Positions 22,639 through 33,581 of a stretch of 64,000 bases of DNA are shown here, piece by piece (the first letter of the stretch is position 1; each line of letters starts with the position of its first letter). The position numbers and the translations under genes are program-made. Origin of the DNA: Trichormus sp. ATA11-4-KO1 (GTDB taxonomy: Bacteria; Cyanobacteriota; Cyanobacteriia; Cyanobacteriales; Nostocaceae); contig JAHHIM010000055.1 in assembly GCA_019358915.1 (NCBI GenBank), positions 128,001-192,000 on the forward strand, in the 5' to 3' direction. The notes beneath the pieces are model-generated. The model was not told where the DNA came from and searched no databases. It saw only the letters and a list, made by a program, of their open reading frames with translations.

Positions 22639-22808
22639 AAGCACATTTAAATATTTAGCTTGTAATCAAGAGAAAAATTTCCGAAAAATCTATAAGACGA
22701 AGGCAAGCAATATTAACTGACAGCAATTTTTAGACCAGTAGTCTATACGGTAGAGATGAAAGATTTTTCGCCACTACGAAAGATTGTGGTGCAAATATTA
22801 CTCATATC

Positions 22809-22999
22809 TTGTACCAGCTCAATCTCCCGCCAAGAAATAAATTTCTTGGCTAATAGCCCAAGTCCACTAAAGTAGACTGAAACCTATGCTATCAGAAGGA
22901 TTTGTTTATTCCTCTAACCTTCGGGAACACTTCGCGTACAAAGGACTTTAGCTATTAGCCATAGTGTCTAACCTATGGCGGTTTTTGAGGCTGGTACAA
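22809..22999. mobile_element. MITE-like element
   Basis: TIRs TTGTACCAGCTCAA / TTGAGGCTGGTACAA and internal inverted repeat GGCTAATAGC / GCTATTAGCC. Confidence 0.65.
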
Positions 23000-23083
23000 A
23001 TATGATGCTGTGATTGTTCAGGGTTTCTGCATAACTACCAAAGCCAACGCCTAGTGAAACAACATCACCGAAACAGTTGAGCG

Positions 23084-24862
23084 ATGAATAGTTTGTTTGG
23101 TAATTGTACAAGCACCCTGAGAAAAAATTCGCTCTTGCTGATTCTTTCAATACTGCTGACGCTGGGAATTAGTACTTCTATGATGGCAGCTGAGCGAATT
23201 TATGCATCTTTTTCAGCTATAGAAATGTCGATTTCTGTGACTGCTTTAGAAAATTACGCTAAAGACGGTGTAATTGATGATGAATTAGCCATTTATCAGC
23301 AATATCTGCCATCAAAACAGTTTGAAGAATTACAGGGAATTTTACTCACTCCTGTAAAAGTGAGTCCAGTAGTGGTTTCCCAATTTCTCTACACACCTCA
23401 AGGCGAATTGCTGCTGCGCCGTTTAGCAGCAGCAATTAAAACTGAATCTCAACGACCACAAAAAGCATTTCATGCCTTAAGGTCAGCATTAATTTCAGCT
23501 GCTGCTGAACCGGGAGGTTTAACTTTATTAAATTTGTTACGGAAATATCCCTACAGCAGCATCCACATCGATTTAAGGCGTAGCTTCGCCATAGCTGGGG
23601 AACTAGAAAAGGTGATTAATGAAACTAATCGCGCGATCGCCGCAGTTACCAAAAAGTCTAATATAGAAGCTGCGACTATCCCCAAACCATTGAATTTCTG
23701 GCAATTAGCGGATTTACAGGGACAGGGACAGGGACAATTTCAGCCACGAAAATACACCCTGAAGTTTTTTGACTCGACACGCAATCGACAATTGTTGACT
23801 GATGTTTACCTTCCCCATGTCCCAAGTCCCGCACCTGTAATCGTGATTTCTCATGGCTTGGGTACAGATAGCAGCAACTTTGAATATTTAGCCACACATT
23901 TAGCTTCCCACGGATTGGCTGTAGTTGTACCCAATCATCCGGGTAGCGATGCTAAACAATTACAATCATCGTTGCATGAACAAGCCAGTGAAGTCATAGA
24001 ACCAGATGAATTTCTAGACCGACCCTTAGATGTCAAGTATGTATTAAATCAACTGGAGAAAAGTAACCAGTATGATTCACGTTTTCGGGGACGATTAAAT
24101 CTGCAACAAGTGGGAGTCTTTGGTCAATCTTTAGGCGGCTACACAGCTTTAGCTTTGGCCGGCGCTAAGATTAACTTTGAGCAACTAGAACAAGACTGTC
24201 AACCAGAGGCGCTGCAAAAAAGCTGGAATATGTCTTTACTCTTTCAATGTCGCGCTTTGCCATTAAATCACAGCAAGTCCAGCCCAGAGTATAACTTGCA
24301 GGATGAAAGAATCAAAGCCGCGATCGCAGTTAACCCCATCACTAGCTCAATTTTTGGTGAAGCTGGTTTAAGTCAAATTCAAACTCCTGTAATGATTGTT
24401 AGTAGTAGTGATGATACCGTTGCACCAGCTTTATACGAGCAAATTTTGCCATTCTCCTGGTTGACAAATTCCCCAAAGTATCTCGTTATGCTCTTAGGTG
24501 GAACCCACTTTTCCACCATTGGTGAGGGAAACCCTACAAGCCAGCAAGTACCATTACCTGCTGATGTCGTTGGTGATACTTCCCAAGCGCGTTATTACAT
24601 GAATGTATTGAGTTTATCTTTCTACCAAACATACGTTGCAGGTAAATCACAATATATCTCTTACCTCAACGCCGCTTATGCCAAAAATATTTCTAGTCAG
24701 TCTCTCGGTTTGAGTATTATCCAATCTCTCAGCCAAAGTGAATTAGCACAAGCGCTGGGTCGTGACCCCTCAAAACCAAAGTTTCCCAACCCCATAGTCA
24801 ATTTTGGATTTTGGATGTTAGATGTTGGCATTGCCATGCTGTATGTGACAATTTTTCTCTAA
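23084..24862 (+). CDS. DUF1400 alpha/beta hydrolase
   Basis: SHGLG, HPGS, DRPLDV, GQSLGG nucleophile elbow and GGTHFS. Confidence 0.88.
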   Translation: MNSLFGNCTSTLRKNSLLLILSILLTLGISTSMMAAERIYASFSAIEMSISVTALENYAKDGVIDDELAIYQQYLPSKQFEELQGILLTPVKVSPVVVSQFLYTPQGELLLRRLAAAIKTESQRPQKAFHALRSALISAAAEPGGLTLLNLLRKYPYSSIHIDLRRSFAIAGELEKVINETNRAIAAVTKKSNIEAATIPKPLNFWQLADLQGQGQGQFQPRKYTLKFFDSTRNRQLLTDVYLPHVPSPAPVIVISHGLGTDSSNFEYLATHLASHGLAVVVPNHPGSDAKQLQSSLHEQASEVIEPDEFLDRPLDVKYVLNQLEKSNQYDSRFRGRLNLQQVGVFGQSLGGYTALALAGAKINFEQLEQDCQPEALQKSWNMSLLFQCRALPLNHSKSSPEYNLQDERIKAAIAVNPITSSIFGEAGLSQIQTPVMIVSSSDDTVAPALYEQILPFSWLTNSPKYLVMLLGGTHFSTIGEGNPTSQQVPLPADVVGDTSQARYYMNVLSLSFYQTYVAGKSQYISYLNAAYAKNISSQSLGLSIIQSLSQSELAQALGRDPSKPKFPNPIVNFGFWMLDVGIAMLYVTIFL

Positions 24863-25208
24863 GCTACATCTTCACCATCATCCTTGTCAGAGGCAAAAAT
24901 ACCTGTTTACTTCCTGACAATCAGCATTCTGTACTATTTAAATTCCTTCTCTTTAAATGTCACAAATTTGTCATGGAATGGCTCAAATTTGACTGTGCAG
25001 GCCAATTCGTGGTATTTGCCCCGTCGTCCTGACCGAAATTCCATGAATTGTTCTGGTTCCTCACCTTTTAAATACACAGCCGTGTTTACTGGCGATTTAA
25101 CCAAGGTCAACTCAGCTTCAGCTATTAACTGTAGTTAGATAATTATCTTTTAAGAAATGTGACATTTAATTGCGTTATTGTAAAAATCAGCTTTCCATCA
25201 GTTGATTT

Positions 25209-27455
25209 ATGAGCCAGTCTGAAGATACTTCTGCCCAAACCACTTCTCTGACTAACCACGATCGCACACCAATTCACATACCTGGCTCTATTCAACCTCA
25301 TGGCGTACTACTGGCACTCAATAACCAGCTAGAGATACTGCAAGTTAGCAGCAATACTCAAGAGTACTTGGGTAAAGAGCCAGAAGATTTGCTCGGTCAA
25401 CCTTTAAACTGCTTGCTTGATGCTCGACAAGTTGCAATCATTAAGCAGTGCTTGGGTAAAAAAATTGGCAGTGCTAAGACTTTTAAGGTATCAATATTAA
25501 CTTCAAGTGGTGAACGTTACTTTGATGGCATTGTTCATCGGACAACAGAGGCTGTAATTCTGGAACTAGAACCAAATAATTCTGAATCTGAGTTGAGTTT
25601 CTTGGGCTTCCAGGCTTTGGCAGGTGAGGCGATCGCCAAAATGCAAGAGGCATCAAGTCTGGCAGAATGTTTGCATCTAGTGGCCGGAAAAATACGAAAT
25701 ATTACTGAAGCTGATCGAGTATTAGTGTATCAATTTGACAAACAGGGATCTGGTTCTGTAATTGCCGAAGTTAAACGTGAAGATTTATCACCTTATTTAG
25801 GACTCCACTATCCCAATACAGATATTCCGGCACAAGCAAGGGAATTATACAGACGTTGCTTCCTGCGATTCATCCCCGATTTGAATGCTCGACTTGTCCC
25901 CTTAATTCCTAGAGACAATCCCATCACACAACAGCCTCTTGACTTAAGTTATTCTCTGCTACGAAGTTTTGATTCATGTTGTGTTGAATATCATCAAAAC
26001 ATGGGAGTAACCTCTCTTTTAGTTATTTCACTGATTCGAGAGCAGCAGCTTTGGGGATTAATATCCTGCCATCATCAAACACCGAAGTATCTTCCTTACG
26101 AAGTGCAGAAGATGTGCGAATTCTTGGGACAGATTGCATCTTCAGAGTTAGCACACAAAATTAGTCATTCGGAATGGGACTATAAAGTCAAGCTCAAAGC
26201 GCTACAGTCTGAGTTCCTAGAGTCTATTTCCCAAGCCGACAATTTTATAGATGCTTTAATCAAACCAGAAATCCGCCTGCTGGATCTTGTTAGTGCCTCT
26301 GGAGCCGCAGTTTGTCTAGATCATGAAATTACCCTAGTGGGAACAACACCAGATATTGATCAGGTGCGGACGCTAATTGAATGGGCAGATTCCCAAGTTA
26401 ACGACAATCTATTTTCCACTGATTCTCTACCGAAACTTTACCCAGAGGCGGCTGCATTCAAAGATACTGCCAGTGGCTTGTTGCTACTACGAATTTCTAA
26501 AATTCGGCGCTATTACATCCTGTGGTTTCGCCCCGAAGTTATCCAAACTGTAAATTGGGCAGGAAATCCCAACGACTCGATCAAAGTTGAGGCAGATGGT
26601 AGTGTAACTCTTTGTCCGAGAACATCTTTTGCCCAATGGCAAGAAACGGTGCGCTTGACTTCCCTACCTTGGCAAACGTGTGAACTTGACAGCGCCCTAG
26701 CTCTGAGGAATGCGATCGTGGGTATTGTCCTTTCTAAAGCGGATGAGTTAGCCAAAATCAACTGGGAATTAGAACGCAGCAACAAAGAATTAGCCTCCTT
26801 TGCCTACGCCGCTTCACATGACCTCAAAGAACCTCTGCGGGGTATCTATAACTTCTCGACAGTGCTACTGGAAGACTACAGTCAAATACTCGATGATGAC
26901 GGGATTGAGTGCTTGCAAACAGTCGTATCTTTGTCTGTGCGGATGGAAACTCTGATTAATTCTCTGCTGCGGCTCTCACAGTTAGGACAAGCACAACTGC
27001 GCCTGCAAATGAATGACCTCAACGAATTGCTCAACCAAGTGATTGAAGTCTTTGGTGCTAGTCGTCAAGACTTTCAATTGGTGAATATTCGGATTTCTCG
27101 ACCTTTGCCGATAATTCAGTGTGACCGAGTTCTCGTCAACGAGGTTTTCAGTAACTTGATTGGCAATGCTTTTAAATACAACGATAAGGCAGAGCCATGG
27201 GTTGAGATTGGCTACCTAAATGCAGATGAGCATCCCCTGGTCTTTTATGTCCGGGATAACGGCATTGGCATTCCAGAGCATCACCTAGAAACTATCTTCC
27301 GGCTCTTTAAGCGGCTTCATTCCCAAGAAAAGTACGGCGGGGGAGCAGGTGCGGGACTAGCTATTGTTAAGAAAATTGTTGAGCTTCACGACGGTCGAAT
27401 TTGGGTGGAGTCTACCGTGGGCGTTGGCTCGACGTTCTATTTTACGCTGGGATAG
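25209..27455 (+). CDS. Knotted phytochrome histidine kinase (PAS-GAF-PHY-HK), tandem-Cys type
   Basis: PIHIPGSIQPHG, DIP, PRTSF, H-box ASHDLKEPLR and G boxes. The bilin site reads SCCVEY instead of Cys-His. Confidence 0.92.
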   Translation: MSQSEDTSAQTTSLTNHDRTPIHIPGSIQPHGVLLALNNQLEILQVSSNTQEYLGKEPEDLLGQPLNCLLDARQVAIIKQCLGKKIGSAKTFKVSILTSSGERYFDGIVHRTTEAVILELEPNNSESELSFLGFQALAGEAIAKMQEASSLAECLHLVAGKIRNITEADRVLVYQFDKQGSGSVIAEVKREDLSPYLGLHYPNTDIPAQARELYRRCFLRFIPDLNARLVPLIPRDNPITQQPLDLSYSLLRSFDSCCVEYHQNMGVTSLLVISLIREQQLWGLISCHHQTPKYLPYEVQKMCEFLGQIASSELAHKISHSEWDYKVKLKALQSEFLESISQADNFIDALIKPEIRLLDLVSASGAAVCLDHEITLVGTTPDIDQVRTLIEWADSQVNDNLFSTDSLPKLYPEAAAFKDTASGLLLLRISKIRRYYILWFRPEVIQTVNWAGNPNDSIKVEADGSVTLCPRTSFAQWQETVRLTSLPWQTCELDSALALRNAIVGIVLSKADELAKINWELERSNKELASFAYAASHDLKEPLRGIYNFSTVLLEDYSQILDDDGIECLQTVVSLSVRMETLINSLLRLSQLGQAQLRLQMNDLNELLNQVIEVFGASRQDFQLVNIRISRPLPIIQCDRVLVNEVFSNLIGNAFKYNDKAEPWVEIGYLNADEHPLVFYVRDNGIGIPEHHLETIFRLFKRLHSQEKYGGGAGAGLAIVKKIVELHDGRIWVESTVGVGSTFYFTLG

Positions 27456-27508
27456 TTTACAATAATTAAAAAAAAATATTTCGTTTTGTTACGTTTATCC
27501 GACAAAGA

Positions 27509-27958
27509 ATGACAACAAAACTTCATGAACCCCTGCTCGTTGTTGAGGATAGCAATGAAGATTTTCGGATGCTACAACGCCTCATGCGGCGGATGGCTGT
27601 CCAAAACCCCATACATCGCTGTACTAATGGGGATGAGGTTCTAGAGTTGCTCTATCAAAAGGGGAGCGCTCACAACCCTAAAGCAACCCTAAGACCTTCT
27701 GTTATTTTACTCGACCTCAATTTACCAGGAATTGATGGACGTGACATCCTAGAGCGGCTCAAGCAAGACAGAAGTTTCCGGGAAATTCCCATTGTGGTTT
27801 TTACCACATCATCTAACCCCAAGGATGTGGAATTATGCTACCAAAAAGGCGCAAATGGGTATTTAGTCAAGCCGATGGATGCTGAGGAACTAAAAAAGAC
27901 CATTCAGGCCTTCGTAGACTACTGGCTTGAAGCCAATACCCCGCCAGTCTTGGATTAA
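27509..27958 (+). CDS. Rcp1-like single-domain response regulator
   Basis: VED, LLDLNLP, TTS and KP motifs; directly follows the phytochrome. Confidence 0.92.
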   Translation: MTTKLHEPLLVVEDSNEDFRMLQRLMRRMAVQNPIHRCTNGDEVLELLYQKGSAHNPKATLRPSVILLDLNLPGIDGRDILERLKQDRSFREIPIVVFTTSSNPKDVELCYQKGANGYLVKPMDAEELKKTIQAFVDYWLEANTPPVLD

Positions 27959-28103
27959 TTTGTGTATTTTCTGTTGATGCAGCAGTAGAGACAAAAGGAT
28001 AACAACAGGCAAGAGTGAGAAGACACAAAGACGTTTTTCTCTGCGATTCACTGTGTCTTTTTGTCTTGCCTAGATTCATTGCTACCATTTTTATTTTTTA
28101 CTG

Positions 28104-28139
28104 CCTTGTGTCACTTTATAACCTTGTGTCACTTTATAA
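28104..28139. repeat. Perfect 18-bp tandem duplication (CCTTGTGTCACTTTATAA x2)
   Basis: Seen directly, upstream of the hybrid kinase gene. Confidence 0.9.
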
Positions 28140-28253
28140 TTAGTTAAGAAATTAGATTTTATTTATATTTATTTTATATTATTTTTAGAATTATGCAAGA
28201 AAACACAATCAGGATAAAAGGGATCTATATGGCTCCCCGATCCTCATACTCTT

Positions 28254-29903
28254 ATGTTGGACACATGGACGCTACTCATCATCGATGATTGTGCAGCAGA
28301 TCGAAAAATCTATCGCCGATATCTTTTGAAAGATCCGCACCAGTCTTACCGAATTTTGGAGGCTGACTGTGCAGAAGATGGGCTGGCCTTGTGTCAGAAG
28401 ATGCACTGCGATGTAATTCTGCTCGATTTTTGCTTACCTGATATGAGTGGATTAGAACTGTTCGATCAGTTAAAGCAGAAAATATTTGAGACTGCCGTTC
28501 CTGTGATTATGTTGACAGGACGCGGAGATGAAGAGGTGGCTGTGCAAGCAATGAAACGAGGTGCTTTAGATTATTTGGTGAAGCAACACCTGACATCGGA
28601 TGTATTGCAACTTGCTGTCCGCAATGCCATTAAGCAATCGTACTTGCAAACTCAATTAAGTAAAACTCAGGAAAGACAGCGTCTAATTGCTACAACTGCG
28701 CTGCGAATTCGTCAATCTCTAAATCTAGAGCAAATTTTGAATACAGCCGTAGCCGAAGTTCAGCAACTTCTCAAATGCGATCGCGTGATGGTATATCAGT
28801 TTGCCGCAGATAAAAGCGGTAAAATTGTTGCTTCCTCGGTTGAATTATGTTTAGGGACAAGGGAATGGGGACAAGGAGATGGGGAGATGGGGGGACTAGG
28901 GGACAAGGGAAGACCCCAATCACTAATACCTAATTTCCAATCCCTCATCCCCTACGTCTATGAGATGGGCTTAAGTAATTGTGTCACCATTAAAGAAGAA
29001 TTTAATACCAAAGCAAATTTAGTAGTTCCCATTAATTTAAGTAATAATGGCAACCCCGATCCTAAGCTTTGGGGTTTGTTGATTGCTTCCCACAATTCAG
29101 ATGAGCCACAGTGGCATACTGATGATGTGGAAATGCTCTATGAAGTATCAATACAGCTAGCGATCGCTATCCAACAAGCTGAATTGTTAGCGCAAACTCA
29201 AGCAGCATTACAGAAAGAAAAGCAACTCAACATATTTAAATCTCAAATCATTGCCACAGTTTCTCACGAGTGTCGCACCCCATTAACTTCGATTTTGGCG
29301 GCTGCATCAACTTTGGTAAAACATAGCCAGCAGCTAGATGATAGCAAACAACAAAGATTTCAGCGCATCATTGAGCAGAAAGCTAGGTATATGTCCAAAC
29401 TCGTGGATAATATGCTGTTGGTGAACCAATTTGAACTGGACAAAGCCAAGTTTAAACCAATGCCGTTGGATTTACTGCCATTTTTCTCTGACCTCATAGA
29501 TCAAGAACGAGAAGCAATAGGCGAACGTCACGAATTAGTGTTCAAAATTACTGGAAATATCAAAAGCTTCTGGGGCGATCGCGGACTTTTACAACAAATA
29601 TTTATTAACTTAATTTCCAACGCCATTAAATACTCCCCCGCAGGCGGTACTGTAGAATTTCATCTCATCGGCAAAGAATCACAAGTAATCTTCCACATCA
29701 AAGATGAAGGAATTGGCATACCGATAGCAGATCAAAAAAATTTGTTTCAATCCTTCAGTCGTGGTAGTAACGTAGACACCATTCCCGGTACAGGTTTGGG
29801 ACTAGCGATCGCTAAAGCTTGTGTAGAGTTACATGGTGGCACCATTACCTTATCCAGTAAAGTAGGACAAGGAACCACATTCACAGTCAGCTTACCAAAA
29901 TAA
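28254..29903 (+). CDS. Hybrid histidine kinase (REC-GAF-HisKA-HATPase)
   Basis: REC motifs DD/LD/K, GAF start IRQSLNL..IL, SHECRTPL, NAIKYS, DEGIGI and GTGLGL. Confidence 0.92.
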   Translation: MLDTWTLLIIDDCAADRKIYRRYLLKDPHQSYRILEADCAEDGLALCQKMHCDVILLDFCLPDMSGLELFDQLKQKIFETAVPVIMLTGRGDEEVAVQAMKRGALDYLVKQHLTSDVLQLAVRNAIKQSYLQTQLSKTQERQRLIATTALRIRQSLNLEQILNTAVAEVQQLLKCDRVMVYQFAADKSGKIVASSVELCLGTREWGQGDGEMGGLGDKGRPQSLIPNFQSLIPYVYEMGLSNCVTIKEEFNTKANLVVPINLSNNGNPDPKLWGLLIASHNSDEPQWHTDDVEMLYEVSIQLAIAIQQAELLAQTQAALQKEKQLNIFKSQIIATVSHECRTPLTSILAAASTLVKHSQQLDDSKQQRFQRIIEQKARYMSKLVDNMLLVNQFELDKAKFKPMPLDLLPFFSDLIDQEREAIGERHELVFKITGNIKSFWGDRGLLQQIFINLISNAIKYSPAGGTVEFHLIGKESQVIFHIKDEGIGIPIADQKNLFQSFSRGSNVDTIPGTGLGLAIAKACVELHGGTITLSSKVGQGTTFTVSLPK

Positions 29904-29909
29904 CCTAAT

Positions 29910-30020
29910 CTGAGTGCTGAGTGCCTTTCTGAGTGCTGAGTGCTGAGTGCTGAGTGCTGAGTAAGGAATTATTATTTATCCCTATTCCCCATTCCCCAAT
30001 CTCCAATCCCCACTCCCCAA
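29910..30020. repeat. STRR heptamer arrays: (CTGAGTG)n followed by CCCCAnT-like units
   Basis: Seen directly; typical of heterocystous cyanobacteria. Confidence 0.9.
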
Positions 30021-30025
30021 TTACT

Positions 30026-30898
30026 GTGCAAGGTTTTCTCAACTTAAACAAACCATTTGACTGGACATCTCACGATTGTGTGGCGCGGGTGCGAAAACTT
30101 TTGCGCCTCAAACGTGTGGGACATGCGGGAACTTTAGATCCAGCTGCTACTGGAGTCTTACCGATCGCACTGGGTAAGGCTACAAGATTATTACAATATC
30201 TGCCAGAAAACAAAGCCTACCAAGCCACTATTCGGTTAGGTGTGCGTACCACAACCGACGATTTGCAAGGTGAAATTATCGCTGCTCAACCTTGTCCGGG
30301 ATTGAATTTGGCAGATGTGAAAACTGCACTGGCACAATTTCAAGGCAAAATTGAGCAAATACCGCCTATTTACAGCGCTATTCAAGTAGATGGAAAACGC
30401 TTGTATGACTTAGCACGTAAAGGCGAAACCGTAGAAGTTCCCAAACGCACAGTCGAAATTTTTCATACAGAAATTTTGGCTTGGCGAGAAGGAGATTTTC
30501 CTGAGTTGGATATAGCGATCGCCTGTGGTGGTGGGACATATATTCGCGCGATCGCCCGTGATTTAGGTGCAATCCTAGAAACGGGTGGAACTCTCGCCGC
30601 TTTAATCCGCACCCATAGTAGTGGCTTCAACTTAACAGATAGTCTCACCTTGAGCGACTTAGAAGCACAAATACAAGCCGGGATATTTCAACCCAGTACT
30701 CCTGATCTAGCCTTACAACATTTGCCATTTGTGACATTACCAGCCATATCTGCCCAAAAATGGTGTCAAGGACAAAAAATTCCCTGCACTCTTGATACTG
30801 GGGAGATAGTGCGAGTTTATGATGAAGAAACTTGCTTTCTAGGTATGGGAAAACTACAAAATGATCTGCTGATACCGACAACAGTATTGAGAAGTTAA
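30026..30898 (+). CDS. truB: tRNA pseudouridine(55) synthase
   Basis: [14 protein letters not shown] and GTYIR. Likely GTG start at 30026 (MQGFLNLNK). Confidence 0.95.
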   Translation: MQGFLNLNKPFDWTSHDCVARVRKLLRLKRVGHAGTLDPAATGVLPIALGKATRLLQYLPENKAYQATIRLGVRTTTDDLQGEIIAAQPCPGLNLADVKTALAQFQGKIEQIPPIYSAIQVDGKRLYDLARKGETVEVPKRTVEIFHTEILAWREGDFPELDIAIACGGGTYIRAIARDLGAILETGGTLAALIRTHSSGFNLTDSLTLSDLEAQIQAGIFQPSTPDLALQHLPFVTLPAISAQKWCQGQKIPCTLDTGEIVRVYDEETCFLGMGKLQNDLLIPTTVLRS

Positions 30899-31014
30899 TC
30901 AACAAGCACTTATCTCAAAAAGTTAACAAAGCTACTAGGCGTAAAACTCCAAAAACTTCTAAGCTAATTGCAGATATTTTAAATGACTGCAATTCAGGAT
31001 TAGGAGTAGCTGTT

Positions 31015-31719
31015 ATGCCGACAATTCATTTGGTGGATGGTGAAAAGGGTGGGGTAGGTAAATCTCTGCTAACTAGAACCATGATTCAGTATTGTCTGGA
31101 TAAAAGAATACCGTTTGTACCTGTGGAGACTGATAGGTCTAATCCTGATGTAGCCGGTGTCTACAAAGGGATATGTCAGTATGCTGTGTTCACTGAAGAC
31201 GAACGGCACGCAGATAAAGCAGATAAAATCTTTGAAATGGCCATGTCTAAGCCAGTCATTGTAAATTTGGCTGCACAATCTCATCGCGCTGTCAAAGGCT
31301 GGATTGATAGAAATCAGTTAATTGAACTGGGAAGTTCGGAGGGAGTGAGTTTTTGCAAGTGGTTTGTGTCTACTGGCGGATATGATAGCCTAAATCTGTT
31401 TGCACAGTCAGTAAATAGCTACGGTGACAAAATACCTCATATTTTGGTGAGAAATTTAGGACTATGTGACGATTGGGAGCATGTTGAGTCTGATGTTGCC
31501 ATTCAAAATCTAGTCACACAATATAGAATTAGAGTCGTAGATTTTCCCAAGTTGGCATATAGAGAAAGAAATATAATTGACCAACATCGCCTGACCTTTG
31601 CGGAAGCACGAGAATATAAGGAATTTGGGGTTCTTGGTAAACAGCGAGTTGTGCAATTTCTTAAACTTGCTTATTCTGCTTTTGAAACAGTGGGTATTTG
31701 GTATGAAGAAGTGAAATAG
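31015..31719 (+). CDS. ParA/MinD-superfamily P-loop ATPase (MobD-like)
   Basis: Deviant Walker A EKGGVGKS and ETDRSNPDV. Confidence 0.75.
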   Translation: MPTIHLVDGEKGGVGKSLLTRTMIQYCLDKRIPFVPVETDRSNPDVAGVYKGICQYAVFTEDERHADKADKIFEMAMSKPVIVNLAAQSHRAVKGWIDRNQLIELGSSEGVSFCKWFVSTGGYDSLNLFAQSVNSYGDKIPHILVRNLGLCDDWEHVESDVAIQNLVTQYRIRVVDFPKLAYRERNIIDQHRLTFAEAREYKEFGVLGKQRVVQFLKLAYSAFETVGIWYEEVK

Positions 31720-31738
31720 AACAGTATTAAAGCTGTTT

Positions 31739-32035
31739 CTATTCCCACGTTGACACATCTCGTAGCACATCAGGAATTTCCCCTTGTGATAGGGGAAACT
31801 CCAGCATAGTTTCTCTATAACCCAAATATCCAGACTCCGCGAACGACAAAAGCATTCGCGCTAGTGCTAACCAAACCTGTGGCTCATATTCCCAATCACG
31901 ATAACGAGAAGCTCGACCAGCTATTGAACGTAAAGCCCAAAAATAAGAGTTTCTCACCACAGAACCGCCCTTTTTAAATTGTGGTAAGTCCTCGTGGTGC
32001 AAAAACAGCACTGTATTTTCAATTCTGGCTCTCAT
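31739..32035 (-). CDS. Conserved cyanobacterial hypothetical protein
   Basis: Clean 98-aa ORF with a KKGGSVVRNSYFWAL motif. Confidence 0.7.
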   Translation of the reverse strand: MRARIENTVLFLHHEDLPQFKKGGSVVRNSYFWALRSIAGRASRYRDWEYEPQVWLALARMLLSFAESGYLGYRETMLEFPLSQGEIPDVLRDVSTWE

Positions 32036-32261
32036 ATCAGCTATTGTATATTGCTTGGGAGCATCCTGGTTGGGCTGATTTTCGCCTGACTGATTATGAA
32101 AGTATTGAACGCTGGTGGGAAATCATATTTCGTGCTTCTCCAGTCACTTTTCCCCTTGCTAGTTAATATTTTTCTCTCCCTAAAGTAACATAAGAGGGAT
32201 TAGCAAATACCCTAACTAAGAATATCTAACAACCATTCTGGTAGGTGCAGTTATTAACTTG

Positions 32262-32675
32262 TTACTCATTACCAGTTTTGCAAGTACCATCAACACAATA
32301 TGTTGATTGATAAGTACTCGATCGCTTGCCAAAAATAGTATAACGGTTGTAGCGAATTTGTTCATAAAAGCGATCGCCTGCCCATTTCATCCCAGGTAAC
32401 GCCCGATAAGCTTCGACAAAGATATTTCCCAACGGCAATAATCGCCCAATTTCTTCAGCAGCATTACTGCCTTGCCAACGTTTTTGGGGCGCATCACCAT
32501 CAATTAAAATCATCCCCTGTTCACAATCTTGGGGGGTAATTCCCCATTGTCCAAGTGTCTGCTCATCTTGCATCGGGGCATAGCGAAATAGTTTTCCTTG
32601 GTCTAAGTTTTCCAGTAACTGCACTAGGGTAACGCAGAGATGACAATTCCCATCGTAGATAACGTAGTAATGCAT
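32262..32675 (-). CDS. DCC1-like thiol-disulfide oxidoreductase (DUF393)
   Basis: YDGNCHLC (DxxCxxC) and NRY..FG. Confidence 0.9.
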   Translation of the reverse strand: MHYYVIYDGNCHLCVTLVQLLENLDQGKLFRYAPMQDEQTLGQWGITPQDCEQGMILIDGDAPQKRWQGSNAAEEIGRLLPLGNIFVEAYRALPGMKWAGDRFYEQIRYNRYTIFGKRSSTYQSTYCVDGTCKTGNE

Positions 32676-32971
32676 GAAAATAGTGTTTGTTTGGGGATAA
32701 GAGCAAATTTACACTGCTTAAATGAAGTGAGTCAAATTTAACTGGCTTTCACCTATGACTTTTTGCAGAATTACATAATCTGCGATCGCTTTTTTGGGGG
32801 AAAATTTAGCACAATAGATCACTATTGTAGTTGAGTGTTCTAATTTAAAATTTTAGCTCACAAAAGATAATAATAATTCATTCAGACATTAATGCCATCT
32901 GCCTAGAGGGAGTTTCCCATAATTAACTACTATCTGTAGACTGGTTGTGTCGCTCCAATTGAAGTAGAATC

Positions 32972-33544
32972 ATGACCGATAGCAACACACTGGCATCACG
33001 CCTTTACCCTACCCGCATTGACATTCTTGCTGAATCGCGAGTGCAAATTGTGGTAATTCTCAATCAAAGCTTGGCAGCTACTATGGATTTGAAAACCCAG
33101 ACCAAGCAAGCTCACTGGAACGTTAAAGGAACTGACTTTTATCAGCTGCATGAATTATTTGATGAAATGGCTGATGAATTGGAAGAGTATGTTGATATGG
33201 TAGCTGAACGTATCACCGCTTTGGGTGGTTATGCTTTAGGAACAGCACGAGCGGCTGCTAGCAATTCCATTTTGCCAGAATATCCCTTTGATATTTTAGA
33301 AGGCAAAGAGCATGTGACAGCTTTAGCAGATCGCTTTGCACTCTATGCCAAACATATCAGAGAAGCGATCGCTAAAACCGATAATTTAGGTGATGCTGAT
33401 ACTGCCGACCTTTACACTGAGATTTCCCGCACCATTGACAAACGACTTTGGTTCCTAGAGGCTCATCTGCAAGTAGCAGAAATCAAGGGTGAGAATGGTA
33501 AATCTGGTACTACTACACCTCAAAAATCAGCTGTTGTCAGATAA
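32972..33544 (+). CDS. dps: Dps ferritin-like DNA protection protein
   Basis: HWNVKG..F..LHELFDE and D.VAER ferroxidase motifs. Confidence 0.94.
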   Translation: MTDSNTLASRLYPTRIDILAESRVQIVVILNQSLAATMDLKTQTKQAHWNVKGTDFYQLHELFDEMADELEEYVDMVAERITALGGYALGTARAAASNSILPEYPFDILEGKEHVTALADRFALYAKHIREAIAKTDNLGDADTADLYTEISRTIDKRLWFLEAHLQVAEIKGENGKSGTTTPQKSAVVR

Positions 33545-33581
33545 GTACTTTTGTTCTCCAACTGAATAGTATCTTTTTGGT

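Noticed and set aside
24884..25138. ORFs between the hydrolase and phytochrome genes
   Set aside because: The plus-strand ORFs look spurious. A coding-like minus-strand frame lacks a start codon and could not be assigned.
29954..30025. N-terminal extension of TruB
   Set aside because: It is translated STRR repeat; the conserved protein starts at GTG 30026.
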